Shown here: positions 38,804 through 52,503 of the stretch, in pieces
How the letters are laid out: each line of letters opens with the position of its first letter
How positions within the stretch are numbered: the first letter of the stretch is position 1
Assembly (NCBI GenBank): GCA_051362555.1
Contig: JBPQGU010000016.1
Location: 3,038,001 to 3,102,000, forward strand
Direction: 5' to 3'
Length of the DNA: 64,000 nucleotides
Origin: Lingula anatina
Taxonomy: Eukaryota > Animalia > Brachiopoda
Position numbers and translations under genes: made by a program
The notes under the pieces: model-generated
Told to the model about the DNA's origin: nothing
Seen by the model: the letters and a program-made list of their open reading frames with translations, nothing else
Database searches by the model: none

Positions 38804-41225
38804 GTGATATTAACAAAAGTTTTAAATATTTTATTTTTATTTATAATATTTTTCTTATTATTTATTAATATTAATAAATTTTTAAATAATAAAAATTATT
38901 TTTTAAATTCACAAGTAAAAGAAAAAATATTTAAAGAAAAAATAATAAAAAATGAAAATATTTTATTTAAACAATATTTGTATAATTTTATTCATAGTAA
39001 TAAAGAAGATATTTCTTTTTTATCTACAGATGATGTTGCAAAAAAATCTTCAATTGAATATTTGGGTAATAATAAATATATTTTAGGAACATATAATGGA
39101 TTTTATTTTTTGCATTTTAATAATATAAATAATACATTTTATACAAAGAAAATAAAATGAATTAATTTTGAAAATAATAATATAAATAATGAATTTGATA
39201 ATATAGAAAGTATTGCATTAAATTCAAATATAAAAAGTTTAGGAAATAACAAATATCTTCTTGGAACATATAATAAAGGTTTTTATTTTTTTGAATTTGA
39301 TGATGAAAATAATAATTTTAAATTAGACAGAATAAAAAAATCAGATAATTCTTTAGTTTTAGATTTAACTTATTCTAATTTAGAAAATGAAATATGTTTA
39401 GAAAGAAGTGCAAGTTTAAATTTATTTTCTTGTTGAGTTTCTTATTCTTCATCAATACAAAGTTTAGGAAATAACAAATATCTTCTTGGAACATATAATA
39501 AAGGTTTTTATTTATTAGAATTTAATGATTTAAATAATTATTTTAAAGTTAATAAAATTAATGAAATTAATGATCAAAGTGTTATTATTAATGATTTTAT
39601 TTCTGGTAAAATTGCTGCATTTTCTTCAATACAAAATTTAGGAAATAATAAATATCTTGTTGGAACATATAATAAAGGTTTTTATTTGTTTATATTTAAT
39701 AATAAAATTGATAAATTTCAAATAAGTAAAATTTCTATGAAAGAAAATAATTTGGATTTAATAATTAATGATATAGCTAAATATTCTTCAATAAAAAATT
39801 TAGGAAATAATAAATATCTTGTTGGAACATATAATAAAGGTTTTTATTTATTTAAATTTAATAATAAAATAAATGAATTTATTATAAAAAAAATATCAAT
39901 AAAATTTAAAAATTTAAATGATCATTATTTTTTAAATGATGGATATATTGCAAAAGAATCTTTAATAGAAAGTTTAGGTAATAATAAATATATTATTAGT
40001 ACAAATGACAAAGGTTTTTATTTTTTTGAATTTGATGATATAAAAGATATTTTTTGATGTGAAACATTAAAAAGATTTGATGATCAAAATAATAAAGTGG
40101 ATATTTCTTGAAATTGAGTTGATGATACTGTAATTTCACATAATTCTGTTATAAAAAAGTTAGACAATAAAAAATATCTTCTTGGAACAAATAGTGAAGG
40201 ATTTTATGTATTAGAATTTGATGATTTAAATAATGTTTTTGAATTAAAAAGACTTCAAAAAAATTTAAAAATATTTGAAAAATTAGGAATAAAAGAAAAA
40301 ATAATTTTTAATTTTAATGATATTTTTAAAAATATAAATAATGAAATACAAATAAGAAATAATTATAATTTTATTGGATGAAAAAAATCAGAAAAAGATA
40401 TATTTATGAATTGAATTTTAGTTACTAATTTTTTAATTTATAATGAAAAATCAAGAAAAAATAATTTAATATCAGTTAATGATAATATTTTTGCTTTAAT
40501 AGATTATATTAATCATAAAGAACATACAAATGAAACTTTAAAATTTATAGATAAATTAAATTATGCAATTTATAAATCTGCTTTAACTAAAAATATTAAG
40601 TTAATTGATAAAGATAATATTAAAACGTTAACACTTCAAAAATTTAGTGTTTTAATTAATAATTTTAATAATAATGAAATCAAAAAAGTTTATGAAACTT
40701 TTGCTAAATGACTTACTTTAAATTTTATGATTTATCAAAAAGAAGATTTAATTAAACTTGCAAAAGAAGTTTATGGTAAAGAAGATGATATTTTAGAATT
40801 AAATAATTTAAATTTTTCACATATTGCTTTTAATGAAAATGGATATATGAAAGTTAATCAATTAAATTTAAATACTATTAATAAAATTAAAATATGATTA
40901 GATAGATTAAATTCAAAAAATATTTATAAAAATTGAATAAATGAAGTTTATAAAGTAGGTCATTTTAAATTTAGTTTTATATTAAAATCAAAAAAAAATA
41001 AAAATTTACAAACAAAATCAAAAGAATTTATTAATAATAATAAATTTAAATTAACATTAGATGATTTTAATAGTGATGGCACATTATTAGTAAGTAAAAA
41101 AGAAGAAATTATAAATTCAAAACAAAAATTTTATTTATTTAAAGAATGATTAAATTCTAAAAATTTATTGATAAATATTAATCAAAATAAAGAAGTTAAA
41201 AATAATAAAGAATTTAAAAAAATAG

Positions 41226-41270
<45 letters not shown>

Positions 41271-41401
41271 TAAAAAATAAAGAAAATGATTTATTACATC
41301 TTTTATGATTAATATTTTTAATTCCAATTATTTTAATTATTTATTTTATTTTTAAAAATAAAAATCAAATAAATAATATATTTAAAAATCAAAATAAATA
41401 A
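38804..41401 (+). CDS. large surface protein with seven beta-propeller-like repeats and C-terminal TM anchor
   Basis: 7x S.I..LGNNKY(L/I)(L/V)GT.N.GFY...F, N-terminal hydrophobic segment, poly-Asn, C-terminal LLWLIFLIPIILIIYFIF. Start codon (GTG) uncertain. Confidence 0.8.
41228..41266 (+). repeat. (AAT)13 in-frame poly-Asn microsatellite
   Basis: Perfect run just before the TM anchor. Confidence 0.92.
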
Positions 41402-41889
41402 TTATTTTTTTTATTGTATTAATTAATAAAATTAATTATTATTTTTTTTAAATATTGAATTATTATTCTATATTTTTAATAATGATTTTAATTAATATAA
41501 ACTTGAAAAAAGATATATAAATAAAAATAAAATTTAAATAAAATAAATATATTTTTTATTTTAAAAAATATATTAAAAATTAAAGATTTTTTGTAAAAAA
41601 AAATAAATTATAAAAATTAAATTAAATTGTATTAAAATTAAATTGTTATAGAGTTTTAATTATAAAGGAATTTAATTTCAAAAAAAAGTGATTAAATTTT
41701 GTTAAAGAAATTACATTTTTGTAATTTTAGAATTGAATTATTTAATTTTTTAAATAATATATTTAAAAAATATTGTTTATTTAAAATCAATTTATTTTTA
41801 ATTTATATTGATTTTTAAAAAGTTATTTATTTTGATTTAAAAATTAAAAAAAATAACAAAAAAGAGAAAGGGGTAATTTTAGAAAAATT

Positions 41890-43689
41890 ATGAGTAATGA
41901 AAAAAAAAGTAGTGGTTTTTCTAAGCTTGGATTAATACTATCTGTTGTTGGTGCAGCTGTTGGTTTAGGTAATATTTGAGGTTTTCCTAAAGCTTTACTT
42001 ACACATGGTGGTATTGTTTTTTTGATACCATATGTTATTTCATTGTTAACTTTAGGTTTGCCTGTAATGTTGCTTGAACTTAATGTTGGTGCAAAGTGAA
42101 GAAAAGGTCCATTAATTTCATATGGTAAATATTGAAAGAGAGGTGGTCCTTTTGTTGGTGGAATACAATCAATTGGTGAGGTACTTATTGGTTCATATTA
42201 TGTTTTCTTTATTGGATATGTTCTTTTAACAATGTTCAATATTTGAGGAACTGATCTGAATACAACTGATATTGATTATCATTGATTTAGACATAAAGTT
42301 ATTCAAACTCAAAATGAATATGGTGGTTTAACTGATAATACATTTGTTAGTGGTTGATTATTTGTATTAGTTCTTGTTGTTTTTGTAGGAGCATTATTTG
42401 TTGCACTTGGTGGTGCCAAAGGAGGTATTGAAAAAGTAAACAAAGTTGCTGTTCCTTTACTATTTTTGTTAATAATTGGATTATTAGGATATTCACTAAC
42501 ATTAGATGGTGCAAAAGAATTTGGAGTAAATCCATTATTTAGAGCAAATTTTGGATCATTAAAAAATCCAAAAATGTGAAGTGATGCATTTGGGAGAAGC
42601 TTGTTTTCACTTTCATTAGCATGTGGAATTATTGTTATTTATTCATCTAAAGCTGAAAAACCTGTAGACAATACAAAACAAACAATTTTAGTTATTGTTG
42701 CAGATACAATGGTGGGTATTTTTGCTGCTATTATTATGGGTGCTACATTAGGACACATGGTTTATTTATCTGAAGTGACTAAAGAAAGTACAAAAAATAT
42801 TAAATTACTTTTGCCACAAACTTCAAATGAAGATATAAAAATATTATCTGTACCAATTAAAAACAGCTTTGAATTTTATAAAGAAAGTGTTGATGCAATA
42901 AAACCAATAACTGTAGAAAGTACAACATTTATTGTTGAATCAAGCAAACAAATATTAGATAAAACTGGTAAAATAAAAGAAATTAAGGTTGTTTATGAAC
43001 AAGCAGCTGGTTCAACAGTTGTATGATCAGTTCTTCCAATATTTTTTACAACAATTAAAAATGTACATGGTGCTAAATTTGTTGCTACTATGTTCTTTGT
43101 ATGTCTATTTTTGGCTGCATTTTCATCATTTATTTCACAAGTTGAAACTGGTGTTGCTTCAACAGAAGAAATGACTCCATTAAGTAGAAAGAAATCAACA
43201 TATGTAACATTAGCATTACAAATGGTAACAGGTATATACATGGTATTTGCTGCAAATCAAGGATTAGCAGATATTTTTGATGAAATATTTTGAACTGGTT
43301 TTGCATTAGTATCAGTATTTATATTCTTACTATTTTTCTTGTTACAAAAACAAAAAACAAAAGAGTTGCTTGATTTTAACAATCAACATGCAAAATGAAA
43401 AATTGGTATGTGATTCTATTATGTATTAATGGTTTCATTCTTAGCTATTACTTTTGTTATTATTTATTCAGCTGTCGGATTCTTTGGTGGTGCTGGCGAT
43501 CCAGGATATGAAAACTATTCAAGTTATTCAGGTGGTCAATGAGCTACTATTTTAATTTTAGTTCTAGTTCCATATTTTGTATGACCATTAGTATTAATTA
43601 AATGTTATTTTGACAGAGAAAAATTTAATAAAATGATTAGTAATTGAAAATATAAAAAATCAATTAAATCTGAAAAAATAGAAGAATAG
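41890..43689 (+). CDS. NSS/SNF-family sodium-dependent transporter 1
   Basis: GAAVGLGNIWGFP, GGIVFLIPY, GIEK, FSLSLACG and LAAFSS. Confidence 0.92.
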
Positions 43690-43714
43690 TATTTTTTTTA
43701 ATACAAAAAAAATT

Positions 43715-43747
43715 AAAGCCCTTATATTTTTATAAGGGCTTTTTTTG
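43715..43747 (+). terminator. intrinsic terminator
   Basis: aaagcccttata/tataagggcttt stem followed by a T-run. Confidence 0.88.
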
Positions 43748-43901
43748 TTTATAAAAAAAATTATTTAAATATACTTTTTTATAAATAAAAAAATTTATTG
43801 TATTTTTTAAAAAAAATAAAATACAATGAAAATCATAAAAAAAAATAAAAAATATGCAATTTATATATCAATAATTACCACTGATTATATAATATAAAGA
43901 T

Positions 43902-45092
43902 ATGAATAAATTAAATATGTATTTTAATACTGAATCTGTAAGTGAAGGTCATCCAGATAAAATTGCAGATCAAATATCAGAATTAACTTTAGATTTTTTT
44001 ATTGAAAAAGATAAAAATGCACATGTTGCATGTGAAGTTTATGTAACAGGTGAAAAAATTATTGTTGGTGGTGAATTTAAATGAAAAAATAATGGTTTTA
44101 AATGAGAAGAAAAATTAATACAAAAAATTTATGAATTTTTAATAAAAAATTTTAAACATTATAAAAATACATGAAACGCTTTAAAAGATAAAAAAAATAT
44201 TGAAATCGAAATTCAAGAACAATCAATTGAAATTGATAATCAAGTTTCAATATCTTGTAAAGAGATTGGTGCCGGAGATAATACAGTTGTTTTTGGTTTT
44301 GCAAATAATGATAAAAAAAATGAATATTTTCCAAAATTTCAAGTTTTAGCAAATGAAATTTTAAAAACAATACAAAATCAAAGAAAAGAAAAAAATATTT
44401 TAAAATTTGCACCAGATGGTAAAGTTAGAATAACTATTAAAAATAAAATAGAATCAGAAAAATTAATTCAAATTGTTTTATGCCAACAATTTGAAGAATA
44501 TGTAGAAAAAATAAAAATATCTAAAAAAATAAAAGATGAAATAATAATTCCTATTTTAAAAGATCTTGAAATTAATACAGATTTTGATTTTAAATTAATT
44601 TCTTTTGTAAAAGGTGGTCCAAGTGTAGATACAGGTTTAAGTGGTAGAAAATTAATGATTGATACATATGGAACATATTCAAGACATGGTGGTGGTTCTT
44701 TTGCAGGTAAGGATGTTTCAAAAACAGATAGAACATTAGCATTATTTGCAAGATTTATTGCAAAACATATTGTTGCTTTAAAATTAACAGAACAAATTGA
44801 AATTCAAATGAGTTCATTTATTGGTGAAACATCAAATTTTAGTATTAATTACTATGTTAAAAATGAAAAAGAATTAAGTAAAGAAAATAAAGAAAATATT
44901 GAAAAAATTTTAAATTATTTTTCAACTTGAAGTTTAAGTAAAATTATTGAAAAATTAAAATTAAAAGAAATTGAATTTGTTGAATATGCAAAATATGGTT
45001 ATTTTGGTAAAGACAAAAAAAATGCACCTTGAGAAAAATTAAGTTTTTTAGAAAAATTGAATCAAATAATAATTATTAAAAAACATAAATAA
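43902..45092 (+). CDS. metK: S-adenosylmethionine synthetase (divergent)
   Basis: [48 protein letters not shown] and YGYFG..PWE. Confidence 0.95.
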
Positions 45093-45144
45093 TTATATAA
45101 TTGTATAATTTAAATAAAAATTAAAAAAATAACATCATATAAAA

Positions 45145-46761
45145 ATGAATCAAAATAGTAAAAATATCAAAAGATTTTCGGCATTAGGTTTTATAATGTC
45201 AAGTATTGGTGCTGCTGTTGGATTAGGTAATATATGACGTTTTCCAACACAGATGGTTGCATCTGGCGGATCTTCTTTTATATTAGTATATGTAATTGTT
45301 TTATTCCTATTTGTTTTTCCTATAGTTTTATTAGAAATACAATATGGTATTTTTTTTAAAAGAGGAGTTGTTTCCTGTTTTAAAAATGTTAATAGAAAAA
45401 TTGGTACATTTTTTGGTTGAAAACAAGTTGTAATTACAGGATTTCTTTCTGTATATTATTTAACAATACTTTCTTGAATGGTTGTTGGTTTTTTTCATTC
45501 ATTATTACCAAGTATATTTAAAACTTGAGGACAAGATCAATCATATTTTAATGATAATATTTTACAATTACCAAATCAAACAGATAAAATTGGTTTTTCA
45601 TGAAAAACATTAATTGCTTTTTGTTCTTTGATTTTAATAATTTTATTTGTTGTTTCATTAGGAATTAAAAAAGGTTTTGAAAAAACAAATTTAATTTTAG
45701 TTCCATCTTTATTCTTTTTATTAGTAGGTTTAACTATTTATTCACTTACTGGAAAAAATACAATGATAGGACTTAAAAAATTATTTGCATTCAATAAAGA
45801 ATCAATTATAAAACCATTGGTTTGATATAAAGCATCAATTCAAGCAATGTTTTCAGTTGGTGTTATGTGTGGTACATTTATTGTTCTTTCTAAACATTCA
45901 GATATTAAAACTGATAAAGGAAATGATGTATTAATTATTGTTTCATCAGATAGTTTAATTGGTATTTTAAGTGGTATTTTAATTACTACTACAATTGTAA
46001 ATAGTTATGATGGTACAACAGAGGAAGTAATAAATCAATTTAATGAATTTTTTAAATCAAATAATTCTGGTGGAACAGGATTAGTTTTTGAACAATTACC
46101 AAAAATTTTTAATAATTTTAAAATACCTCAATTAGGACAAATATTATTTATATTTTTTATAATTAGTTTATTGTTTGCAGCATTTTCATCTCTTATTGCA
46201 TATTTAGAAGTTTTTATTGATTCTATTGCTGAAAATTTTCCACAAATTGGAAGAAAAAAAGCATTTATATTTTGATCATGTTTTGGAATTTTACAATATT
46301 TTGTATATATTATTTTTAATCAAAAAACAATGGTTGGTGAACAAGATGAATGAATAAACCAATTATTTTTATTTGTTGGTGTATTTGAAATTTTATTTTT
46401 TATTTTTAATTCTAATTATAAAAAAATTATAAAAAATAATGAAAAATATACATATTTAAAAATGTCAAAATTTAATTGATTAAAAAGAATGACAATGTTT
46501 ATAACACTACCATTAACAATATTTTTAAGTATTTTTGGATTTTTTAAATTGTTTGATTTAGATTATTATTTCTTTTCAGGATTCAGTTCAAAAATAAAAG
46601 AATTTTTTGATTTAAATACAAATTATAATTCAATCGAACAATGAACATCACCAGAAAGATTATTTACAATTGCAACTGCAATATTTATGATAATAATTCC
46701 ATTATTATTAACTTTAATAACAAAAAATAAAGAAGAAACAAAAATAAATGAATCAAAATAA
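45145..46761 (+). CDS. NSS-family sodium-dependent transporter 2
   Basis: GAAVGLGNIWRFP, KGFEK and LFAAFSS. Confidence 0.92.
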
Positions 46762-48367
46762 TAAATCAGAAAAATTTTCAACATTAGGTTTTATAATGTC
46801 CAGCATTGGTGCAGCTGTTGGATTAGGGAATATTTGACGTTTTCCTAAAGAAATGATTACATCAGGTGGATCATCTTTTATATTAATATATGTAATTGTT
46901 TTATTCTTATTTGTGTTTCCAATATTTTTATTAGAATTTCAATATGGTTTGTTTTTTAGAAAGGGAGTAGTATCATGTTTTAAAAATGTTAATAAAAAAA
47001 TTGGTACATTTTTTGGTTGAAAACAAATAATTATAATTGGTTTTGTTTGTGTTTATTATTTAGCAGTTATTTCTTGAGTTTTAGTTGGATTTTTTAATTC
47101 ATTAATACCATCTTGATTTCAAAATTGAGGTAAAAATTTAAATTATTTTGATAAAAATATTTTACAGTTACCAAATGAAAGTGGTATTGGTTTTTCATGA
47201 AAAACATTAATAGCATTTATTGTTTTGATTGGAGTTATTTTTATTGTAATTTCTTTTGGAATAAAAAAAGGTTTAGAAAAAATTAATTTATTTTTAGTAC
47301 CTGGATTGTTCTTTTTATTAATAGGTTTAACAATTTATTCACTTATTGGAAAAAACTCAATGATAGGACTTAAAAAATTATTTTCATTTGATAAAAATAG
47401 TTTTTTAAGACCATTTGTTTGATATAAAGCATCAATTCAAGCAATGTTTTCAATTGGTGTTATGTTTGGAGCATTTATTGTACTTTCAAAAAACTCAAAT
47501 ATAAAAATTGACAAAGGAAATGATGCATTAATTATTGTTGCATCAGATAGTTTTGTTGGTATTTTAAGCGGTATTTTAATTACTACAACAATTGCAAATA
47601 GTTATAATGGTGAACCAGAATTAGTTTCAAAAGAACTAAATAATTTTTTTAATTCTTCAAATTCAGGTGGTTCAGCATTAGTTTTTGAACACTTACCAAA
47701 AGTTTTTTCAAATTTTCATTATAAAGTTTTGGGACAAATATTATTTATATTTTTTATAATTAGTTTATTATTTGCTGCATTTTCATCAATTATTGTTTTG
47801 TTAGAAACATTTACAGATTCAATTACTGAAATATTTCCACAAATTGGCAGAAAAAAAGTATTTTTATTTTGAGGATTTTTTGCACTTTTACAATATTTAA
47901 TTTATATTTTGTATAATCAAAAAATTATGGTGGATGAAAAAGATAAATGAATTAATCAATTTATTTTATTTGTTGGTGTTTTTGAAGTTATATTGTTTAT
48001 TTTTTATAAAGATTATAAAAAAGTAATAAAACAAAATGAAAAATACACATATTTAAAAATGTCAAAATTTAATTGATTAAAAAGATTAACAATTTTTATA
48101 ACATTACCATTAACAATTATTTTGTGTCTTTTTGGTTTTTTTAAATTATTTAATTTAGATTATTATTTTTTTTCAAAATCAAGTGAAAAAATAAAAGATT
48201 TTTTTGATATAAAAGAATTAAATGATGGTGAACTTTTAAATCAATGAACATCACCAGAAAGAATTTTTACAATTGTAATAGTTTTATTTATGATAATAAT
48301 TCCATTGTTATTGACACTTATTACATTAAAAGATGAAAAAAAAATAAAAAATGAATCAACAAAGTAA
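46748..48367 (+). CDS. NSS-family sodium-dependent transporter 3
   Basis: GAAVGLGNIWRFP. Tandem paralog overlapping the previous stop. Confidence 0.92.
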
Positions 48368-50003
48368 CAAACAAAAATTTTCATCATTAGGTTTTATAAT
48401 GTCCAGCATTGGTGCAGCTGTTGGATTAGGAAATATATGACGTTTTCCTAAAGAAATGGTTGCATCAGGTGGTTCTTCATTTATATTAATATATGTCATA
48501 ATTTTATGTTTAATTGCATTTCCAATAGTTTTATTAGAAATGCAATATGGTTTATTTTTTAAAAAAAGTGTTGTTACATGTTTTAAAAATGTAAATAAAA
48601 AAGTTGGTAATTTTATTGGTTGAAAACAAGTATGAGTAAATTTATTTGCATGTGTTTATTATGTTGTAATAATTTCATGATTTATTGTTGGTTTTGTTCA
48701 TTCATTAATACCATCTTTATTTAAAGAATGAGGAACAAATTCAAATTATTTTGAAGAAAATATATTACAACTACCATCTAATGGAAAAGCTTTAGGTTTT
48801 TCATATTTAACATTAATAGGAATTATTGTTTTATTAATTTTGATATTTATTGTTATTTCTTTAGGTGTTAAAAAAGGTTTAGAAAAAACAAATTTATTTT
48901 TGGTTCCTAGTTTGTTTTTTTTGTTAATAGGTTTAACAATTTATGCACTTACTAGAAAAAATGCATTAATTGGTATTGAAAAATTATTTAAATTTAAAGT
49001 TGAATCTTTTACAAGACCATTTATTTGATATAAAGCAACAATACAAGCAATGTTTTCAACAGGTATTATGCTTGGTTCATTTATTGTTTTAACTAAAAAT
49101 TCAGATATTAAAACAGATAAAGGAAATGATGCATTAATGATTGTTGCATCAGATAGTTTTGTTGGTATTTTAAGTGGCATTTTAATTACTGCTACAATTT
49201 CAAGTAGTTATAGCGGTACATCTAATGAAGTAAAAAAACAATTAAATGAATTTTTTAATTCACCAGAATCTGGTGGATCTGCATTAATTTTTAAAGAGTT
49301 ACCAAAAATTTTTTATAATATGGAAGGTCAAAAAATTTTGGGACAAATATTATTTATATTTTTTATAATTGGATTTTTATTTGCTACATTTTCATCTATT
49401 ATTGTTTTAATTGAAATATTTGTTGATTCAATGGTTGAAAAATTTCCTAATATTGGTAGAAAAAAAATTCTTTTATTTTGATCAGTATTTGCTTTTTTAC
49501 AATCTATTGTGTTTTTATTTTTTCATCAAGTAAAAGTTACAGATGAACAGGATTTGTGAATAAATCATTTTGTATTATTGGTAGGATTTTTTGAATTAAT
49601 TATTTTAGTTTGTTATAAAAATTTTGATAAAGTTATTGAATCAAATGAAAGATATACATACTTAAAAATGTCAAAATTTAAATGATTAAAAAGATTATTA
49701 ATTTTTATAACATTACCAATTGTATTTTTATTAGTTGTATTTGGATTTATTGAATTATTTAATTTAGATGTAATTTACTTTAAAAATACACCAATATGAT
49801 TTCAAAATATTTTTGGATTACAAGATAAAATAAATATTAATAGTGAAAAAGTAAATAAAATTTGAACTTCACCTGAAAGATTATTTACAATAGGAACAAT
49901 TATTTTTATGATTATTATTCCATTATTTTTATCTATTATTACAAATAAAAAAGAACAAAAAACGGGGTTAAATTTAAAAAATGACAGAAACAGAAACAAT
50001 TAA
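48351..50003 (+). CDS. NSS-family sodium-dependent transporter 4
   Basis: GAAVGLGNIWRFP. Tandem paralog. Confidence 0.92.
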
Positions 50004-50226
50004 AACAATTATATTAATGGTAACTATTTTAGGATTTTTTGTATTTATAATGATTGCATGTTTTATACATGTAATTAAAAATCAAAAAAAAATACATATC
50101 TTTGATTTTAAAATAAAAAAAGAAGAGAAAATAGTAAAAGAAGAAAAAAAAGAAAATATAAATAAAAAAAATTTAAAAATAAATTCAAAATCAAAAACTA
50201 ATAAAAAAATAAGAATTAAAAAATAA
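49981..50226 (+). CDS. small single-TM protein, possible MetS-like NSS accessory subunit
   Basis: Overlaps the end of NSS4. One TM helix then a basic tail. Confidence 0.6.
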   Translation: MTETETIKTIILMVTILGFFVFIMIACFIHVIKNQKKIHIFDFKIKKEEKIVKEEKKENINKKNLKINSKSKTNKKIRIKK

Positions 50227-50230
50227 AAAT

Positions 50231-51868
50231 ATGTTTTTTGAAAAAAATTATAAAGTTTGATTAAAAAATTCAAAACCAAACACAAAAGAAAATGAATTTC
50301 TTTTAAATTTATCAATAGAACAACAAAAAGAATTTTTTTCTGAAATTGTTAATTCTGGTAAAGCTGGTTTAAGAAAAAAAATTGGATATGGAAGTAATCA
50401 ATTTAATGTAAATACAATCAAACAATTAATTCTTGCTTTTATTGAAGTTTTTTCAAAAAAATATGAATTAAAAAAACACAAATTTATAATTTTTCATGAT
50501 ACAAGAAAATTTTCATTAGAAGCATCTGAAATGATTGCAAAAGTTTTAACACATTATGGATTTAAAGTTATTTTTAATAAAGAAAATGATGTTGCTCCAG
50601 TTCCATTTTTATCTTATTTATTAAAAAATAAGTTTAAAGCATTTGGTTTTATGATTACAGCAAGTCATTTAAAAAAAGAATATAATGGATGCAAAATTTA
50701 TTCACCAAAAGGACATATTATTTCATCAAAAGATGTATTTGAAATTAATAAAAAAATTGTAGAAAAAAATCATTATTTTTTAACAAAAGTACTAAAAAAT
50801 AATAAAAATTTAATAAGATATTTAACTGATAGTCACAAAAAAAATTATTTATATGAAATTATAAATCAACTTTCTTTACCAAAATCAAGTGCTTCAAGAC
50901 CAAAAATTTTATATTCTTCAAATCATGGAACAGGTTTTAATTGAGTAAATTTATTATTAAAAAAAGCTGGTTATGAAGTTATTTTGGTTGATGAACAATG
51001 TGTTTATGATCCAAATTTTTCTACTTTAAAAGATCCAAATCCAGAATCAGATAGTGCTTTTGATTTTTCTATAAAAAAAGCAAATTCTTTAGATGAAAAA
51101 CCTGAATTAATAATTATTAATGATTCTGATGTTGATCGTATGAGGGTTGGTGTTTGAGATGGTAAAAAATATCAATTATTATTAGGTAATGAAATTGCAA
51201 TTATTTTTATTTATTTTCTTTTAAAAGAATTACAATGAAAAGGTGGAATTTATATGACTTTTGTTTCAACAAGATTAGTTTATAAAATAGCACAAGATTT
51301 TAAATGTAAAGTAGAAAAAACAATGACTGGTTTTTATAATCTTGCTATGAAATATTCACAAGATGATATTAAAAAATTTTTATTTGCTTTTGAAGAATCT
51401 TTAGGATTTTTACCATGTAGACATTTAAGTAATGATAAAGACGGTTTACAAGCATCACTTTTAATTTCAGAAATTGCTTCATATTTAAGATATAGAAAAA
51501 ATATTAGTTTATTAGATTATTTAGATGATATAAGTAAAAAGTATGGATATTGTGATTATAGACAAACAAAAATTAATTTAGAAAATGGTGTAAAAGTTAA
51601 AGATATAATTGAAAAGATAAAATCTTTAAAAGAATTAAATGGTATTCCTATTAAAAAAATAACAACTTATTTTGATGAAGGGTTGGATAATTTATATGAA
51701 ATATTTTTCTTTGATGGTTCTTGAATTGCATGTAGACCATCAGTTACTGAACCAATTTTTAAATTTTATTTTATTTCATATGCAAATTCAAAAGAAAAAA
51801 GTAAAATAATAGTTGAAAAATTAAAGAAAAATTGAGAAAGTTTAATTACTAGTTTTAATAATGTATAG
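50231..51868 (+). CDS. phosphoglucomutase/phosphomannomutase family protein (divergent)
   Basis: GKAGLR, HDTR, MITASHL..YNGCK, PNPE, NDSDVDR, FEESLG, DKDG and RPSVTEP. Confidence 0.9.
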
Positions 51869-52457
51869 AAGTTTAAAACATGGTTTTATTGAATTAATTG
51901 TTGGTGGAATGTTTGCTGGTAAAACATCTGAACTTATTAGAAGAATTTCAGTTTTAGAAAGAGCAAAAAAAAAGGTACTTATTTTTAAACCTAATTTTGA
52001 TAAACGTGATAAAGAATTTGGTCAACTAACAACACATGATGGACAAAAAAAACATAATATTTTTTTTGTAACAAAAACTGAACAAGTAAAAAATATTTTA
52101 GAAAATGATAATTCAAATAGTAAAATATTAGCTTTTGATGAAATTCAATTTTTTTCACCATGTTTTGTTGATTTTATAGAAGAATTAGCAAATAGTGGTT
52201 ATAGAATTATTTGTGCAGGTTTAGATAGAGGATTTAATGATCAAATGTTTCCAACAGTTATGAGATTATTATCATATGCTGAATTTGTTACAAAATTACA
52301 TGCTGTTTGTATTAAATGTGGTGAAATAGCAACAAAAACACAAAGAATAGATAAGAATGGAAATCCAATAAGTCCTAGTAAAGTTAAAAATGTTATTGGA
52401 GGATGTGAAGCATATCAAGCAAGATGTAGGGAGTGTTTTGTTTATTTTTCTGAATAA
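51861..52457 (+). CDS. tdk: thymidine kinase paralog 1
   Basis: GGMFAGKTSELI, DEIQF, AGLD, C..C and Y.ARCR.C. Confidence 0.93.
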   Translation: MYRSLKHGFIELIVGGMFAGKTSELIRRISVLERAKKKVLIFKPNFDKRDKEFGQLTTHDGQKKHNIFFVTKTEQVKNILENDNSNSKILAFDEIQFFSPCFVDFIEELANSGYRIICAGLDRGFNDQMFPTVMRLLSYAEFVTKLHAVCIKCGEIATKTQRIDKNGNPISPSKVKNVIGGCEAYQARCRECFVYFSE

Positions 52458-52503
52458 AAAAAGTTTTTGATATAAAATACTATATAAAAATTAGTAATAA
52501 ATT

